Translations under genes and position numbers: made by a program
Shown: in pieces, positions 49,517 to 62,491 of the stretch
Layout: each line of letters opens with the position of its first letter
How positions within the stretch are numbered: position 1 is the stretch's first letter
The notes under the pieces: generated by a model
What the model was told of the DNA's origin: nothing
Databases searched by the model: none
What the model saw: the letters and a program-made list of their open reading frames with translations, nothing else
Assembly (NCBI GenBank): GCA_964016885.1
Contig: OZ024752.1
Coordinates: 9,300,001 to 9,364,000 of the forward strand
Source: Eledone cirrhosa
Lineage: Eukaryota
Direction: 5' to 3'
Length of the DNA stretch: 64,000 nucleotides

Positions 49517-49948
49517 TTTGTTGCTACAATGGAGTCTGTGCTATTGTTCTGGTCTGAGACTTGGACACTGACCAAGAAACTCACTCAGATGGTGGATGGG
49601 TCCTACACAAGAATGCTGAGGATGGCTCTGAACATTAATCAGTATACACTGAGGATGAAGAACTCAGAGCTGTACGGGAGCCTCACAAAAGTCAGTTCAA
49701 AAGTGACACAGAGGAGACTGAGGCTAGCTGGACATTCTCACCGACATCCAAAGTTGACACGACACTCAGTGCTCCCGTGGGAACCCCTACAGAGACACTC
49801 TAGAAGAGGGAGACCGAGTTTGACATATGTTGATGCCCTAAGGACAAACACTGGTCTGTTGGAGACGCAGGACATGGCAGCGATGATGAGGGACAGAGTC
49901 CCCTGGAGAGGACTCGTCCATTTATCTCGGGAATTTTACCCGCCCTAG
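49517..49948 (+). pseudogene. 5'-truncated RTE-clade LINE 3' end with (TAGA)n tail
   Basis: ESVLLFWSETWTLT, YTRMLRMAL, RRLRLAGH, RRGRP..TYVD, MRDR..WR. Confidence 0.85.
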
Positions 49949-49959
49949 ATAGATAGATA

Positions 49960-50447
49960 TGTTTCTTTTATTTGCCACCAGGGCATCAAAAGTGGGACAA
50001 GTACAATGGGGGGGGGGGGGGGGGGAGTTTACAAAACAAGGCGTCCTCAATAAGGAGGAGGCAATAACAAAATATAAAAATAAAATAAAATATAACAGAA
50101 TAAAATATATAACAAAATCCCCAATTGAGAGGAGGCGCCTTGGGGGGTCGCACACACCCCCGAAAAAAGTGTGCAACCCTTTTCCTCAGGAGCACAGAGA
50201 AGGGGTGCTCCCTTGGTCTTTCATCTTCCTCACCTATAGTTTGATGTAGAGTGAAGGCCCATTCACACGGGCCATTCTCGCCACTTTCACCCATCTTTCA
50301 TAAAAACGGCTGGGGTGCAGCACCTCTCTCTCCATCCTGATCCTTCTTCCGAAATGATATCGGAAGAAACGGACCAGTTGTTGGCCAGAGAGAAAGGTGT
50401 CTGACCTCAGTCCTTTCAGACGCGTCCACCATACAACCTCTTTCGCC
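49960..50447 (-). mobile_element. 5'-truncated Tx1-like copy (copy-1 subtype) inserted in the RTE tail, with TSD
   Basis: Reverse complement of ~8112-8587; CGCCCTAGATAGATAGATA on both sides (49941 and ~50444). Confidence 0.9.
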
Positions 50448-50479
50448 CTAGATAGATAGATAGATACTTAAAAAGCAGA

Positions 50480-51370
50480 TCTTTTAACTTCTTTACGCAT
50501 TTTCCCTCACGCTCTCACACATCTCTATTACGGGACACCCAGCCCACTCATGGCTGCTGACAAACATATCACCTCCGCCACAGGTGTCAAGAAAGGGGAA
50601 CCACCTGGTCCTTTCGCACTAGCTGTTGATGACATTGTCTACTTAGTTCGCCAACCCTTCAATGTCTGGTACTTGGCCGACGTAACTCTGGGAGGATCTG
50701 TTGAGTGTGTCACCGAGGACCCCCAATGGATCATCCCTGCCCTAGGCACCAAAGACTGGAGATAACGCTGTCCAAGTTCGAAGCCGTCAACGTTAGCTAC
50801 GGTGCATTTGAATTCCCAAACCTAATACTCAGTATCGATCCTGTACTGACTGGGGCTCGGCTGACCCCGAAGGACGCCATCTGTATTCTTGGCTCACTAA
50901 TCCACCCGAAAGACATAAGTGAGGGCATGGAGACCAAGCACGCAAGAGAGATTACGGTTCATCGAAACACACTCGGTGCCCTTCCTTTGAGGAACTGTCT
51001 TGAGGGATTAGCCCTATTCCCTTTCAAGGGGAACAAATACGTAATCTGGGATGCGAATTGCAGCGACTCATTCTCCACCTTCAACCTTGTCACTTTGGCC
51101 ATACATCTGAGGTCCGTTGCCCACAATGGGGAGGAGAGGAAGGTAGTCAAATACCAGAGCCTGACTGACCAACAGCTTCCTCTTTGTATCAGTCATCATT
51201 GAGACCTCCGGCGCTCTTGGTCCCCGCTCTGCTGAGTTCATCTGTAAAGTCGGACACAGCAGCCTGCCCGAGGAAGGAGCACTGTGAGGTACGAGTATAG
51301 TGGCTGATGTAGCGGGTGTCTCTGGCTATTTTCCGTAGTAACACGTATACCATTTTGTCCACGTGGCTTG
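50480..51370 (+). pseudogene. Decayed CRE-clade non-LTR fragment (RT + restriction-like endonuclease)
   Basis: SATGVKKGEPPGP/FALAVDD/NVWYLAD resembles QGDPLGP..YLDD; later IWDANCSDSF..RKVVKY..IETSGALGP. Confidence 0.6.
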
Positions 51371-52018
51371 GCTGAGGAACCACATAGACTGGGGTGTAGT
51401 GTCCTTTTGTTTTCGATGCTTGAAACGTTGCTTTTACTTCTTTTTATTTCTCTTTTCTCTTTTGGAAGATGCTATATAGCGTGTAGGTGTCTTGCCAGGA
51501 AACATATAAAATACTTAAACTAAACTTCAAATTAAATATACGTGTAACCCTTCTAAAGCCTCACATATTTAAACATTTTACTTGTTTTTAGCATCCTACT
51601 GTGTTTAGAATAAGAGGCTATGTAGCCGGTAAGAGTGTCAGACACCCTGAGTTGCGGCCCGAGTTAAGACAATTTGAAATCTTTTCCACCATCAATTATT
51701 AAACACAAGTTGAAATCATTTAGTCGTCCATTGGTAACGTACACATACACACACAGATACAGATAACAAAAGGAGGCAGCTGGTGAAACGCTATAGCAAT
51801 GTGTTTTGCGTCCCTTTAGGGTTTACCGGCTACACAGCCTATTCGTTCTTTCTTTCTCCCTATTTGTTCGCTTCAATAGTGTATGTTTGTATTATATACT
51901 GCTCTGCTACGGGTTGTAAAGGAAAAAAGCTGCTGATTTCAATAAAAATCTGTAATGTTATTAAAAGGTCTGTTTTCGAAGTAGATTAGATCTAAATTTT
52001 GACATCTATTTACGTGAG

Positions 52019-52090
52019 GCGTCGGTGGTGTAACGGTTAGCATGGTTGCCTTCCAAGCAGTCGATCCGGGTTCGACTCCCGGCCGACGCA
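52019..52090 (+). tRNA. tRNA-Gly (TCC)
   Basis: Identical 72-nt sequence. Confidence 0.95.
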
Positions 52091-52371
52091 TCAAATATGA
52101 TTTCTTTTATCTCTAATTATTTTATAATTGTTTCTACTTTAGGCAGTCTAGAATAGAAACAAATATCATTTATAATAATTTTCACACTCACACACATATA
52201 ACAAACAAACACGTTTACACAAACACTCACATATATATATATATTAATATGTGTGAGTTATCCCCCTTACACCTCTAGCACGCTTTTTAGTATTGCCTGT
52301 ATGAAGTGACGGTTTCTGCGCATGCGCGTTCGTACGGTTGTCCTTCCTGTTCCGTATAACCATGTCCATTA

Positions 52372-52409
52372 CGAGCTGAAGATCCGCTAAGGTGAAACAA
52401 TTGTTCTCG
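52372..52409 (+). ncRNA. Minimal hammerhead motif
   Basis: CGAG-CTGAAGA-TCCGCTAAGGT-GAAAC-AATT-GTT^CTCG. Confidence 0.65.
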
Positions 52410-53610
52410 GTATGGTGAACTAACTGTTGTGTAACCACTTCTATATATATATATATACAAATAAAGATTCAGCGAGAATCAAAAATCAGAAATGATACTG
52501 GCAAAGTGCTCAATAGTTAAAAACCAGAGCTAAACAATGTGTTAAGAAGCCATACAAAACTGAAAAGGTGGTCAAGAAGGCATTAACCACCCAAGCCAAA
52601 AACCAAATCAAGCTAAACAGGTCAAAACAAAATAAATGATAAACAATAAATGATAACCAGACCTGGTTATATATATATATATATTTGCTCACCATACAGA
52701 GAGATGGGGAGGACGAGAGAGATGGAGGGGAGGGCAGTGGGAGTTCGGCTCTTCCACGTTCGGACCATATCCTTGTGGTTGTGTTCATTAAGCAGTTAAT
52801 GAGTCTGTTTATATTTAGACATAGGTGTAGAGGTGCAATCTTTAGATTCCAGAGTCAGGTTCGATCAGTAATAGATCGTCCCTCGAGCTGATCGACAGTG
52901 AAACATATGTAATTTGTTATTAAATATGTTATGATGCAACACTGATTCTTTGTTCCTTTATTCTTATAATATATATATATGTATATATATTAAATTATAT
53001 TGTGTTTCCGTAGGAAAGGTAAAGGAAAGGAGAGTGCTCTATGTAGGCTACAGAGCTATATAGTTATGTAATAAACAACATAAGACAATTATTCCATTTA
53101 CCAAAGGTTTCACGAAGACAGACGAGCTTGACACAGACGTCTGAAATCGAAATTATATATGTATGTGTATATATATACGTCTGAAATGATATATGTATGT
53201 GTATATTTATATATATATATATACATATATATTTATTATTTTCCCCATTATATTACGTCCGTTATTTTATTTTATATCAGCCTCGCGTTCAATTGTTTTA
53301 GGCTTTGTTTTGAAATCCATATCTCACATCCACTCCAAATAAAATTTCATTCTGACGAACGATTTCAGACGTCTGTGTCATGAAACCTTTGGTAAATGGC
53401 ATAATTGTCTTATGTTGTTTATTACATAACTATATATATATATAATATATATATAATAGAAAACGAAAAATCAGTGATGCATCTGAACTCAATTTATTGT
53501 GTGTTACAATTGTTTCGCCGGCGGACAGCTCGAGACGCGATCATTGTGTGGATCTGTCTGATTCTGGACCCGCAGGTTCGACGGACACGTCTAATGATTT
53601 CGGAGCATAT

Positions 53611-53719
<109 letters not shown>

Positions 53720-54358
53720 GTTTCGTTGACAAATATATCAATGTGCCCAGACACGCAGATATATTGCCCTTGGTATCCGAATAAATCGCCGGAGTATATG
53801 TTTTGGAAACATAGTTAGTGTTACACGCCTAACGATCGGAACTGGAACCAATGGATGTTGTCCGTAGGGTTCTGATAAGATACGGAGGATCGACATATTA
53901 CAAGGCGATATAACCTTCCTATAGACAATCCTACATGTAAAGCTGCACCATCCATCCTTCTCACAGACTCATGCTTGCAAGATCTCTTAATCTGCCTGTA
54001 CATCCTGAATCTACACTGCTTGTGCTTTGATGTATCTATGCCTTGATTTGTTTGTTTCCTTTGGTGTTTTGCTTCTGCGTTTTTTATTGTTTTTTATTTT
54101 TTTAATTGTTTTTGATCATGCTGAGTAACACCTTCACTTATTCCCTGCTACCCTCTCCCAACCTCCTTGTCATCTACTGCACCATGTAAATGATAAATTT
54201 TTGATGTGATCTTTGATATAATTTTTTATGACATTTTTTATGACATTTTATGACAGTATATGCGTCATGAATTGTGTCAAATTCTATTTAGCGCTGGTCC
54301 CTTCCCCTTGTTCTGGTGACGCAGCTTGATGGAGCATGCAACTATTGATATACTTTTG

Positions 54359-54418
54359 TTTATAGGCTCTGATGATTCCTGCCTTAGGGTGCGGATGAAA
54401 CACTGTTAGCTAATAAAA
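54359..54418 (+). ncRNA. Minimal hammerhead motif
   Basis: TTTATAGGCT-CTGATGA-TTCC...GGAT-GAAAC-ACT-GTT^AGCTAATAAA; downstream AAGCACT box, then (TA)n. Confidence 0.7.
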
Positions 54419-54511
54419 CAACGTATTTCTAAGCACTCTTTGGTTATTCCTAAACTTTTATATATATATATATATATACGTTATATTTTTTCGTTTTACT
54501 TATTTAGCGTC

Positions 54512-54820
54512 AAGGCGCCTGGCTTTGGGGTTAGTGTGCTAGACTAACGATTCCAAGGTCACGGGTTCGAACCCCGAACCAGCAGCTCACTGTATCCTTG
54601 AGCAAGATACATTATTTTACGTTGCTTCACCCGCCCTTCAATTAGTAAGAATGTGTTATACCTGTAATTCAAGGGGCCAGCCTTGGCACACTGAAAACTA
54701 CGTAAACGGTAGGCGTGCCTGAGAAATTCTCGGCCACTTATGTTGATTTCACAAACAGGCTGTTCCGTTGTTCAAACAACTGGAAGAGTCGTCGTCGAAA
54801 CCGACGGAGGTCTAATAACA
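54512..54820 (+). mobile_element. Second tRNA-derived SINE family
   Basis: tRNA-like head (GGTTAG...GGGTTCGAACCCC) followed by TCCTTGAGCAAG.. central domain. Confidence 0.6.
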
Positions 54821-54995
54821 TCTGATTTACAGAAGACAGTAAATAGTAAATAATTCATACACCTCTTATATCAATTTCTGTGTATTTCTATATTTTATGT
54901 CACGCAACAGGAGCCAATCAAATCACGAACAGAGAACGAGTGAGTGACAGTAGGAAAATGAAATTAAATATATATTTATTATTATAAGCTGTCAT

Positions 54996-55180
54996 TGGCA
55001 GTATCCGTAGAGGGTCGGACGCCATGCTTTGCAGCAAAGAGTTACGGCCCTTTATGGTCTGAGTTCAAATCCCACTGAAGTTAACTTTGCCTTTCATCCT
55101 TACGGGGTCGATAAAATAAAGTACCAGTAATACACTGGATTAATTGCCGGCCTTGTGCCAAAAGTATAAACAATTATTAG
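54996..55180 (+). mobile_element. tRNA-derived SINE directly upstream of a tRNA-Gly
   Basis: Match to the SINE unit. Confidence 0.85.
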
Positions 55181-55200
55181 TTAATATGTCTTTATGTGAG

Positions 55201-55272
55201 GCGTCGGTGGTGTAACGGTGAGCATGGTTGCCTTCCAAGCAGTCGATCCGGGTTCGACTCCCGGCCGACGCA
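55201..55272 (+). tRNA. tRNA-Gly (TCC), D-loop variant (GGTGAGC)
   Basis: One substitution relative to the other five copies. Confidence 0.93.
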
Positions 55273-55557
55273 TTAAATCTGTCTTTTGTTTTCATTCAGA
55301 GCTTCAATGCTTTTTTTTTTTAGTTTTAATCATTTGATTGAGATAATACAAGTTTATAATAATTTCCACACACACACACACACACACACACATATGAGTC
55401 TGCGTGTGTGTGTGTAAGTCCCGAGACCAATCGGGGGTAACCACAGTAAGTAAGGTACTCAATACATTAGTAGTACTTGGAGTAGTAGAGTGGGTAATAT
55501 GAAAATATTCAGGACCCCGACGGCTGAGCTCCGGCCGTTTCGGATCTAGCTATCGAG

Positions 55558-55920
55558 GGCGGTGTGTTGGCAGTACGGTAGAGGTTCGGACGCCATGCTT
55601 TGCAGCATAGGGTTACGGCCCTTGCCATTCTGAGTTCAAATCCCACCGAGGTTAACTTTGCCTTTCACCCTTACGGGGTCGATAAAATAAAGTACCAGTA
55701 ATGCACTGGGATAATTGCTGGCCTTGTGCCTAAAGTAGAAACAATTATTAGTAGAGGGTTGGACGCCATGCTTTCTAGCATAGTTACGTCCCTTTACAGT
55801 CTGAGTTCAAATCTCGCCGAGGTTGACTTTGCCTTTCATCCTTACGGGGTCGATAAAATAAAGTACCAGTAATGCACTGGGTAATTTCTGGCCTTGTGCC
55901 TAAAGTAGAAACAATTATTA
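55558..55920 (+). mobile_element. Two tandem SINE copies
   Basis: Match to the SINE unit. Confidence 0.85.
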
Positions 55921-56263
55921 GTTACAATATATACACACAACACCCTCGTCCCTTCTCTCCCATTTTCTGTACTATCACCTTATATATTTTCCAATTCCAC
56001 GCCGCCCGGCCCTTCAATCTATCTTATTTCTCATTCTTTCTTCTGATGGATGAAGGACTAGTGTCCGAAACGTTAAGACCCTCTTCCTGCTATATCAAGC
56101 GTTAACCTAATATATTCCTTCCGTATACTGTACCAATTGTGTTGTTATTTCTGTTTACCTTTTACATACACACACACACACACACATATACATATATATG
56201 TAAAACGTTCGGATCTAGCTGTCGAAACGGCCGGAGGTCAGCTGTCGGGGTGGTGACTATTTT

Positions 56264-56338
<75 letters not shown>

Positions 56339-56666
56339 GGATTCAGTTTGAACCTGGTTAGACCATTACTCAATAGAGTACCCGATACTTGGAGTAATAG
56401 AGTATGGTTATAATATAAAGAGTTGGTACTCGACGGCTGACCTCTAGTTTCAACAGCAAGTTCCAGAGTCTGGAATATATATATAAGCAAAGAGATATTT
56501 AATTTGTTGGTTATTCAACAAATTTATTTATAACAGATTCGAAGTAGTCTACAGGTTTTCTGGAGTATAATATCAATGATATTAATAAATGGAAACAATA
56601 TTTATAAAACCTGAACCGATAAGGTCTGGTTTCTTGGGTATGTCACCATTTATAAAACAAATTTTG

Positions 56667-56727
56667 TATTTTATCTGAAGAGAGCGTACCAAAATTTTGG
56701 TACCCTTGAAATATATATAATAAAATA
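56667..56727 (+). ncRNA. Minimal hammerhead in fold-back element ~56490-56930
   Basis: TATTTTAT-CTGAAGA-GAGCGTACCAAAATTTTGGTACCCTT-GAAAT-ATAT-ATA^ATAAAATA. Confidence 0.8.
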
Positions 56728-56747
56728 AATATGGTTTTATAAATATA

Positions 56748-56885
56748 TGTTTCTTTTATTTGCCACCAGGGCATCAAAAGTGGGACAAGTACAATGGGGG
56801 GAGTTTACAAAACAAAGCGTCCTCAATAAGGAGGAGGCAATAACAAGATATAAAAATAAAATAAAATATAACAAAAAATAAAATT
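56748..56885 (-). mobile_element. Tx1-like 3'UTR stub (copy-1 subtype) with an 18-bp TSD
   Basis: Reverse complement of the copy 1 3'UTR; TATGGTTTTATAAATATA at 56730-56747 and 56886-56903. Confidence 0.88.
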
Positions 56886-56924
56886 TATGGTTTTATAAAT
56901 ATAGTTTCCATTTATTAATATCAT

Positions 56925-57013
<89 letters not shown>

Positions 57014-57149
57014 GAGAAGAAAGAGGAATACTGCGTGGTTGCACATGGTTACATATTATAAAATTAGTCCTTCGATATATATATATAACCGACTACGCGT
57101 ATCTGATTCTCTGTGCTCTCAGTTCGTGTTGGACGTTTGACATTCTCAT

Positions 57150-57480
57150 ATCTCCAGTACAACTTATCCTTCATACACGCCTGGAGTTGATTTATATATG
57201 TCATTCCACTCGCCACCTTCACCCAACCTATCTACGTTTTGCGTGATCTCCGCCACCCTTCTCTCGAATTTTCCATTTTTCTGAACGTAATGCACTTTTC
57301 CATACCATTCGTCCTAATAACGTGATCAAAGAACTTTAATCTTCGTTTGACAATCGATGCTTTTAAACTAATCTAAGGTTTCACTTGTGTAATATTTATC
57401 TATTTCGTCTTACGTCCACCATTCTCTTAGTAATCCCCACAACACCACCTTTCAAATACATCAATTTTCCTTCTCTCTTG
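57150..57480 (-). pseudogene. Decayed RTE/BovB-like LINE 3' fragment
   Basis: Minus-strand translation ISLKASIVKRRLKFFDHVIRTNGMEK resembles the RTE C-terminus. Confidence 0.5.
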
Positions 57481-57518
57481 TTCATTTGCCGGCTTCATTA
57501 CTAGATATATCATTATAG

Positions 57519-57782
57519 GGCGGTGGATTGGCAGTATCGGTAGAGGGTCGGACGCCACGCTTTGAAGCATAGAGTTACCTCCCTTTATGATCTGAGTTCA
57601 AATCCCATCGAGGAGGGAGGGAGGGGGTGGGAGGGAAGGAGGGGGTGAGAGGGAGGGAGGGAGGGGGTGAGGGTGAGAGGGAGGTAGGGGTGAGAGGGAG
57701 GGGGTGAGAGGGAGGGGGTGAGAGGGGTGAGAGGGAGGGGTGATAGTGAGGGAGGGGTGAGAGGGAGGGAGGGAGGGAGGAT
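57519..57782 (+). repeat. SINE 5' half followed by a G/A-rich (GGGAGGGGGTGAGA)n tract
   Basis: Directly visible. Confidence 0.8.
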
Positions 57783-58177
57783 AGATGGTGAAAAAGCGTG
57801 AAAAAATATATATTGCTACGAAAAAAGCCATAAAAAAATTACAGAAGATATTTACGATTCAGTGAATATGCGGTGGTTTCTACAAACAATTATTAGTTAG
57901 GTTCTTAGGAAAATCCCGCGAATAACCGGGACCGCGAATTCCTGGACCGCGAATGCCGCGGTACACTGTATATACATTAACAGGTGGTAAATACGCGTCA
58001 CACACATTTCTAGGTAACTCCACCTATCTTTGCGTTACATATTGTCCAACCAACTCCACATTTAATCTTCTTCCTCTACTCATATATTACTTCATAGTCA
58101 CATTATCTCCCCTGATAGTCACATTATCTCCTCTGATTCAGGATACATATAGCGAAAGTTTCATCTCAATCTATGCA

Positions 58178-58452
58178 GTGTAGAGATGTCTCAACAGACT
58201 AAGATCTGGTGTTGGACATGCCAAAGTCACTTTTGCAAAATGGGGATATTTAAATGATGGGGACGTTATGTGTGATTGTGGCATCGAACCACAGACTACG
58301 CAGCATCTCCTGATACGCCCCCTGCTGGAACACCCCTGCACATCATTGGACTTGACAGAGTTTAATGAGAAAGGACAGCAATGTGTTCATCTGTGGCAGA
58401 AACACATCTAGCCAAGCTTAGTAACTGACAATCTTGTCGACACGAGAAGAAT
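58178..58452 (+). pseudogene. LINE 3' end (Ingi/Vingi or RTEX-like C-terminus)
   Basis: CLNRLRSGVGHAKVTFAKWGY..CDCGIEPQTTQHLL..CT..DL..CVHLWQKHI*; second partial copy ~58525-58760. Confidence 0.65.
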
Positions 58453-58678
58453 AACTGTACATTGGTTAATATAGTCTTAGTATTAGTGGCTATCAGACAG
58501 TATATCTAACTACTGTACTGTACGTGCAAAAGTCAATTTTGTAAAATGGGGATATTTAATGGATTGGGACGTTGTGTGTGACTGCGTCATCGAACCACAG
58601 ATTACACAGCACCCCCTGATATTCCCCCTGCTGGAACACCCCTGAACAGCATTGGACTTGGCAGAGTTTAACTAAAAA

Positions 58679-60040
58679 GGACAGCAATGTGTTCAGCTGT
58701 GGTGGAACCACACCAAGCCAAGGTTTGTAACTGACACTCTCGTGGACACCACAAGAAGCCGTGATCAAGTAACACTATGACCCTAAGACAGCAATATGTT
58801 CAGCTATGATAGAAGCACATCTAGCCAAGGTTTGTAGCTGACACTCTTGTGGACACAACAAGAAACCGTGATCAAGTAACCCTATGACCAAAGGACAGCA
58901 ATGTATTCAGCTATGATAGAAGCACATCTAGCCAAGCTTAGTAACTGGCACTCTTGTGGACTCGACAAGAAACCGTGATCAAGTAACACTATGACCCTAG
59001 GACAGCAATGTGTTCAGCTATGATAGAACCACATCTAGCCAAGGTTTGTAGCTGACACTCTTGTGGACACAACAAGAAACCGTGATCAAGTAACACTATG
59101 ACCAAAGGACAGCAACGTGTTCAGCTATGATAGAACCACATCTAGCCAACGTTTGTAGCTGACACTCTTGTGGACACAACAAGAAACCGTGATCAAGTAA
59201 CCCTATGACCAAAGGACAGCAATGTGTTCAGCTATGATAGAACCACATCTAGCCAACGTTTGTAGCTGACACTCTTGTGGACTCGACAAGAAGCCGTGAT
59301 CAAGTAACACTATGACCCTAGGACAGCAATGTGTTCAGCTATGATAGAACCACATCTAGCCAAGGTTTGTAACTAACACTCTTGTGGATACGACAAGAAG
59401 CCGTGATCAAGTAACCCTATGACCAAAGAACAGCAATGTATTCAGCTATGACAGAACCACATCTAGCCAAGCTTAGTAACTGGCACTCTTGTGGACACGA
59501 CAAGAAGCCGTGATCAAGTAACACTATGACCAAAGGACAGCAATGTGTTCAGCTATGGCAGAACCACATCTAGCCAAGCTTAGTAACTGACACTCTTGTG
59601 GACACGACAAGAAGCCGTGATCAAGTAACACTATGACCAAAGGACAGCAATGTGTTCAGCTATGGCAGAACCACATCTAACCAAACCTTGTAACTGACAC
59701 TCTTGTGGACACGACAAGAAGCCGTGATCAAGTAACACTATGACCCTAGGACAGCAATGTGTTCAGCTATGATAGAACCACATCTAGCCAAGCTTAGTAA
59801 CTGACACTCTTGTGGACTCGACAAGAAGCCGTGATCAAGTAACACTATGACCCTAGGACAGCAATGTGTTCAGCTATGATAGAACCACATCTAGCCAAGG
59901 TTTGTAACTAACACTCTTGTGGACACAACAAGAAGCCGTGATCAAGTAACCCTATGACCAAAGAGCAGCAATGTATTCAGCTATGGCAGAACCACATCTA
60001 GCCAAGCTTAGTAACTGACACTCTTGTGGACACGACAAGA
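58679..60040 (+). repeat. 107-bp tandem satellite, ~12.7 units
   Basis: GGACAGCAA unit starts at 58679, 58893, 59000, 59107 ... 59963 (period 107). Confidence 0.95.
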
Positions 60041-60331
60041 TCTCATTTAATATTTTGATAAGCCCCTAATGTGGATGACATCTTGAAGTAAATTTGTTTA
60101 ATATAAAATATTAACTTTATATTCTGTATACGAGTCCATAATTCATTGCATCATTAAAGTCTTTTCCCACAAACCCATAAAACAGGTATGTACACACACT
60201 CACATAATACACACATACACACATATATATATATACATATACACACACAGATATACATATATATACACATATATATACATATACACACACAGATACACAC
60301 ATATATATATATACACACAGAGATACACACT

Positions 60332-60362
<31 letters not shown>

Positions 60363-60390
60363 GCATATATATATATACATATATATATAC

Positions 60391-60453
<63 letters not shown>

Positions 60454-60503
60454 CATATATATACATATATATATATACATATATATACATATACACACAC
60501 ATA

Positions 60504-60534
<31 letters not shown>

Positions 60535-60536
60535 GC

Positions 60537-60599
<63 letters not shown>

Positions 60600-60650
60600 C
60601 ATATATACATATATATATACATATATATATATATACATATATACATATAC

Positions 60651-60681
<31 letters not shown>

Positions 60682-60714
60682 CATATATATATATATACAT
60701 ATATATATACACAC

Positions 60715-60747
<33 letters not shown>

Positions 60748-60752
60748 CACAC

Positions 60753-60823
<71 letters not shown>

Positions 60824-60881
60824 TATATACACACATGTATATACATATATACACACACACACATATATACATATATATATG

Positions 60882-60915
<34 letters not shown>

Positions 60916-61324
60916 TATATGCATATATACATATATATATATACACACATATATATATATATGTGTGTGTGTATGTATATATATAATTATATATATATAT
61001 ACTTATATATATATATATATATATACACTCACACACATATACAGATTGTAAACTTCAATTATTCCTAATGAATAGTCATGAACAAAAACAACTGCGATGT
61101 TAAATTTTATCATTAATCTTTAAAGACAGGTTCAGCCCCAATATTGTAATAACTTCACTATTCATAAATTCTTCAGCGATTTTATTAAGAACAATACGTT
61201 TAATGAATTGTGACGTTGTGTTCGCAACAAGGTAATATATTTACAAAGGCACAATGACTTCCAGTCGTGCGAATCTTCAACAAAATAATAATTAGCGATA
61301 TAATATGCATGTATGTATATATAT

Positions 61325-62452
61325 ATATATCGTTTATGAATTTGTTTAGCAAGATTCTTTATCTGAAAACGTGTGTTGAAACCGATATTGTTATGCTTTA
61401 GGAGGGTCATGTTGCCAATAAGAAACACATGCACCAGTTGCTTCCAGTCCAATTTATTATAAGTTAAATTTATAAATTTCCGGTTGGTTGGTTGGTTCCA
61501 CAACCATACGATTGTTCATATATTGTCAAAGTTCTTTCGTGACACATTCTGTGACCTCTTCAGTGACTGAGGATTCTTTTTTGTTTTTGTGCCTCCTTTG
61601 TTCTGTCCTACGCCATCTTGTTTTTGTGTCTGTTGTGTGATTAGTTTGCGCATGTGTTACATCCGAGTGTCTGTGTGTGTTTATATTTGTTTATTTATTT
61701 GTTTATTTACATATTACTGGTTGGTTGTTTGTTCTATGTGTGTGTGTGTTTTCATTTTGTCCTTAATTGTAAGTTGTGATGTTGCTATTCCATTCATGTT
61801 TTCTATTTAATTTTGGTTGGAGTTCATTTATGTTTATTGTCTCTGTGATTTGTCTAAACATTGCGTCTTTTCTGTGTGTAGATTCTATTTTTATTTCTAT
61901 GTTCTCTAATTTACCCTTATGTTCTATTTTAGCATGCTGCTGGAGTACAGATGATTCTTTTCTATTTTGAAGCTCTCGCCAGTGTTCATTTATCCGTTCC
62001 CCTATACTACGAGCTGTCTCACCTATGTACACTATATTCTTATCTCTACATTGTTTTTCAGTACATCTTATGCTATATACTACATTTCTAGTTTTACAGT
62101 TAATATGGGCGCTTAGTTTACAGATTATACATTTCTTATCTATAGGGGTTGTATTGATGAACATTACACTCTGGTATTTATTGCTATCATACCATGAGTT
62201 TATTCTATTAACCTTATTTCTAGTTCTTTCTATTCTATTCCAAAATTTGCTCCTATACAAGGGGCAGGTCCCATTTGTATCATTATTTACCATTTTATCC
62301 CATTTTGATCTGGCTCCTCTATATACTCTGATTTTATCTCTCTGATTGTATACAGAGAACTGCATACGGTGGATGAAGTGTTGTATGTGTCTCTCTAGTT
62401 CTTTGGGGTTGCACATGCGGGACACGTTGGCAACATAACCCTCCCAAAGCAT

Positions 62453-62460
<8 letters not shown>
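61325..62460 (-). pseudogene. 5'-truncated Penelope-like element related to the 35460 element (RT thumb + GIY-YIG + pLTR + short inverted segment)
   Basis: RMQFS.YNQRD, CPLYRSK, CIICK..INCKTRNVVYSIRC..YIGETARSIGERINEH; hammerhead-like CTGAAGA..GAAAG on minus strand ~61525-61570; inverted copy of the ORF start at 62427-62460. Confidence 0.88.

Positions 62461-62491
<31 letters not shown>

Noticed and set aside
56043-56080. Hammerhead core CTGATGGATGA..GGAC/GTCC..GAAACGTT
   Set aside because: Core disrupted by a 4-nt duplication; at best a dead copy
57915-57970. Tigger/pogo-like terminal inverted repeat end (..CGCGAAT..ACACTG-TA)
   Set aside because: No partner end or transposase found; too little support to annotate
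58679-60040. CRISPR-like array
   Set aside because: Units are wholly repeated with no unique spacers; eukaryotic context and no cas genes
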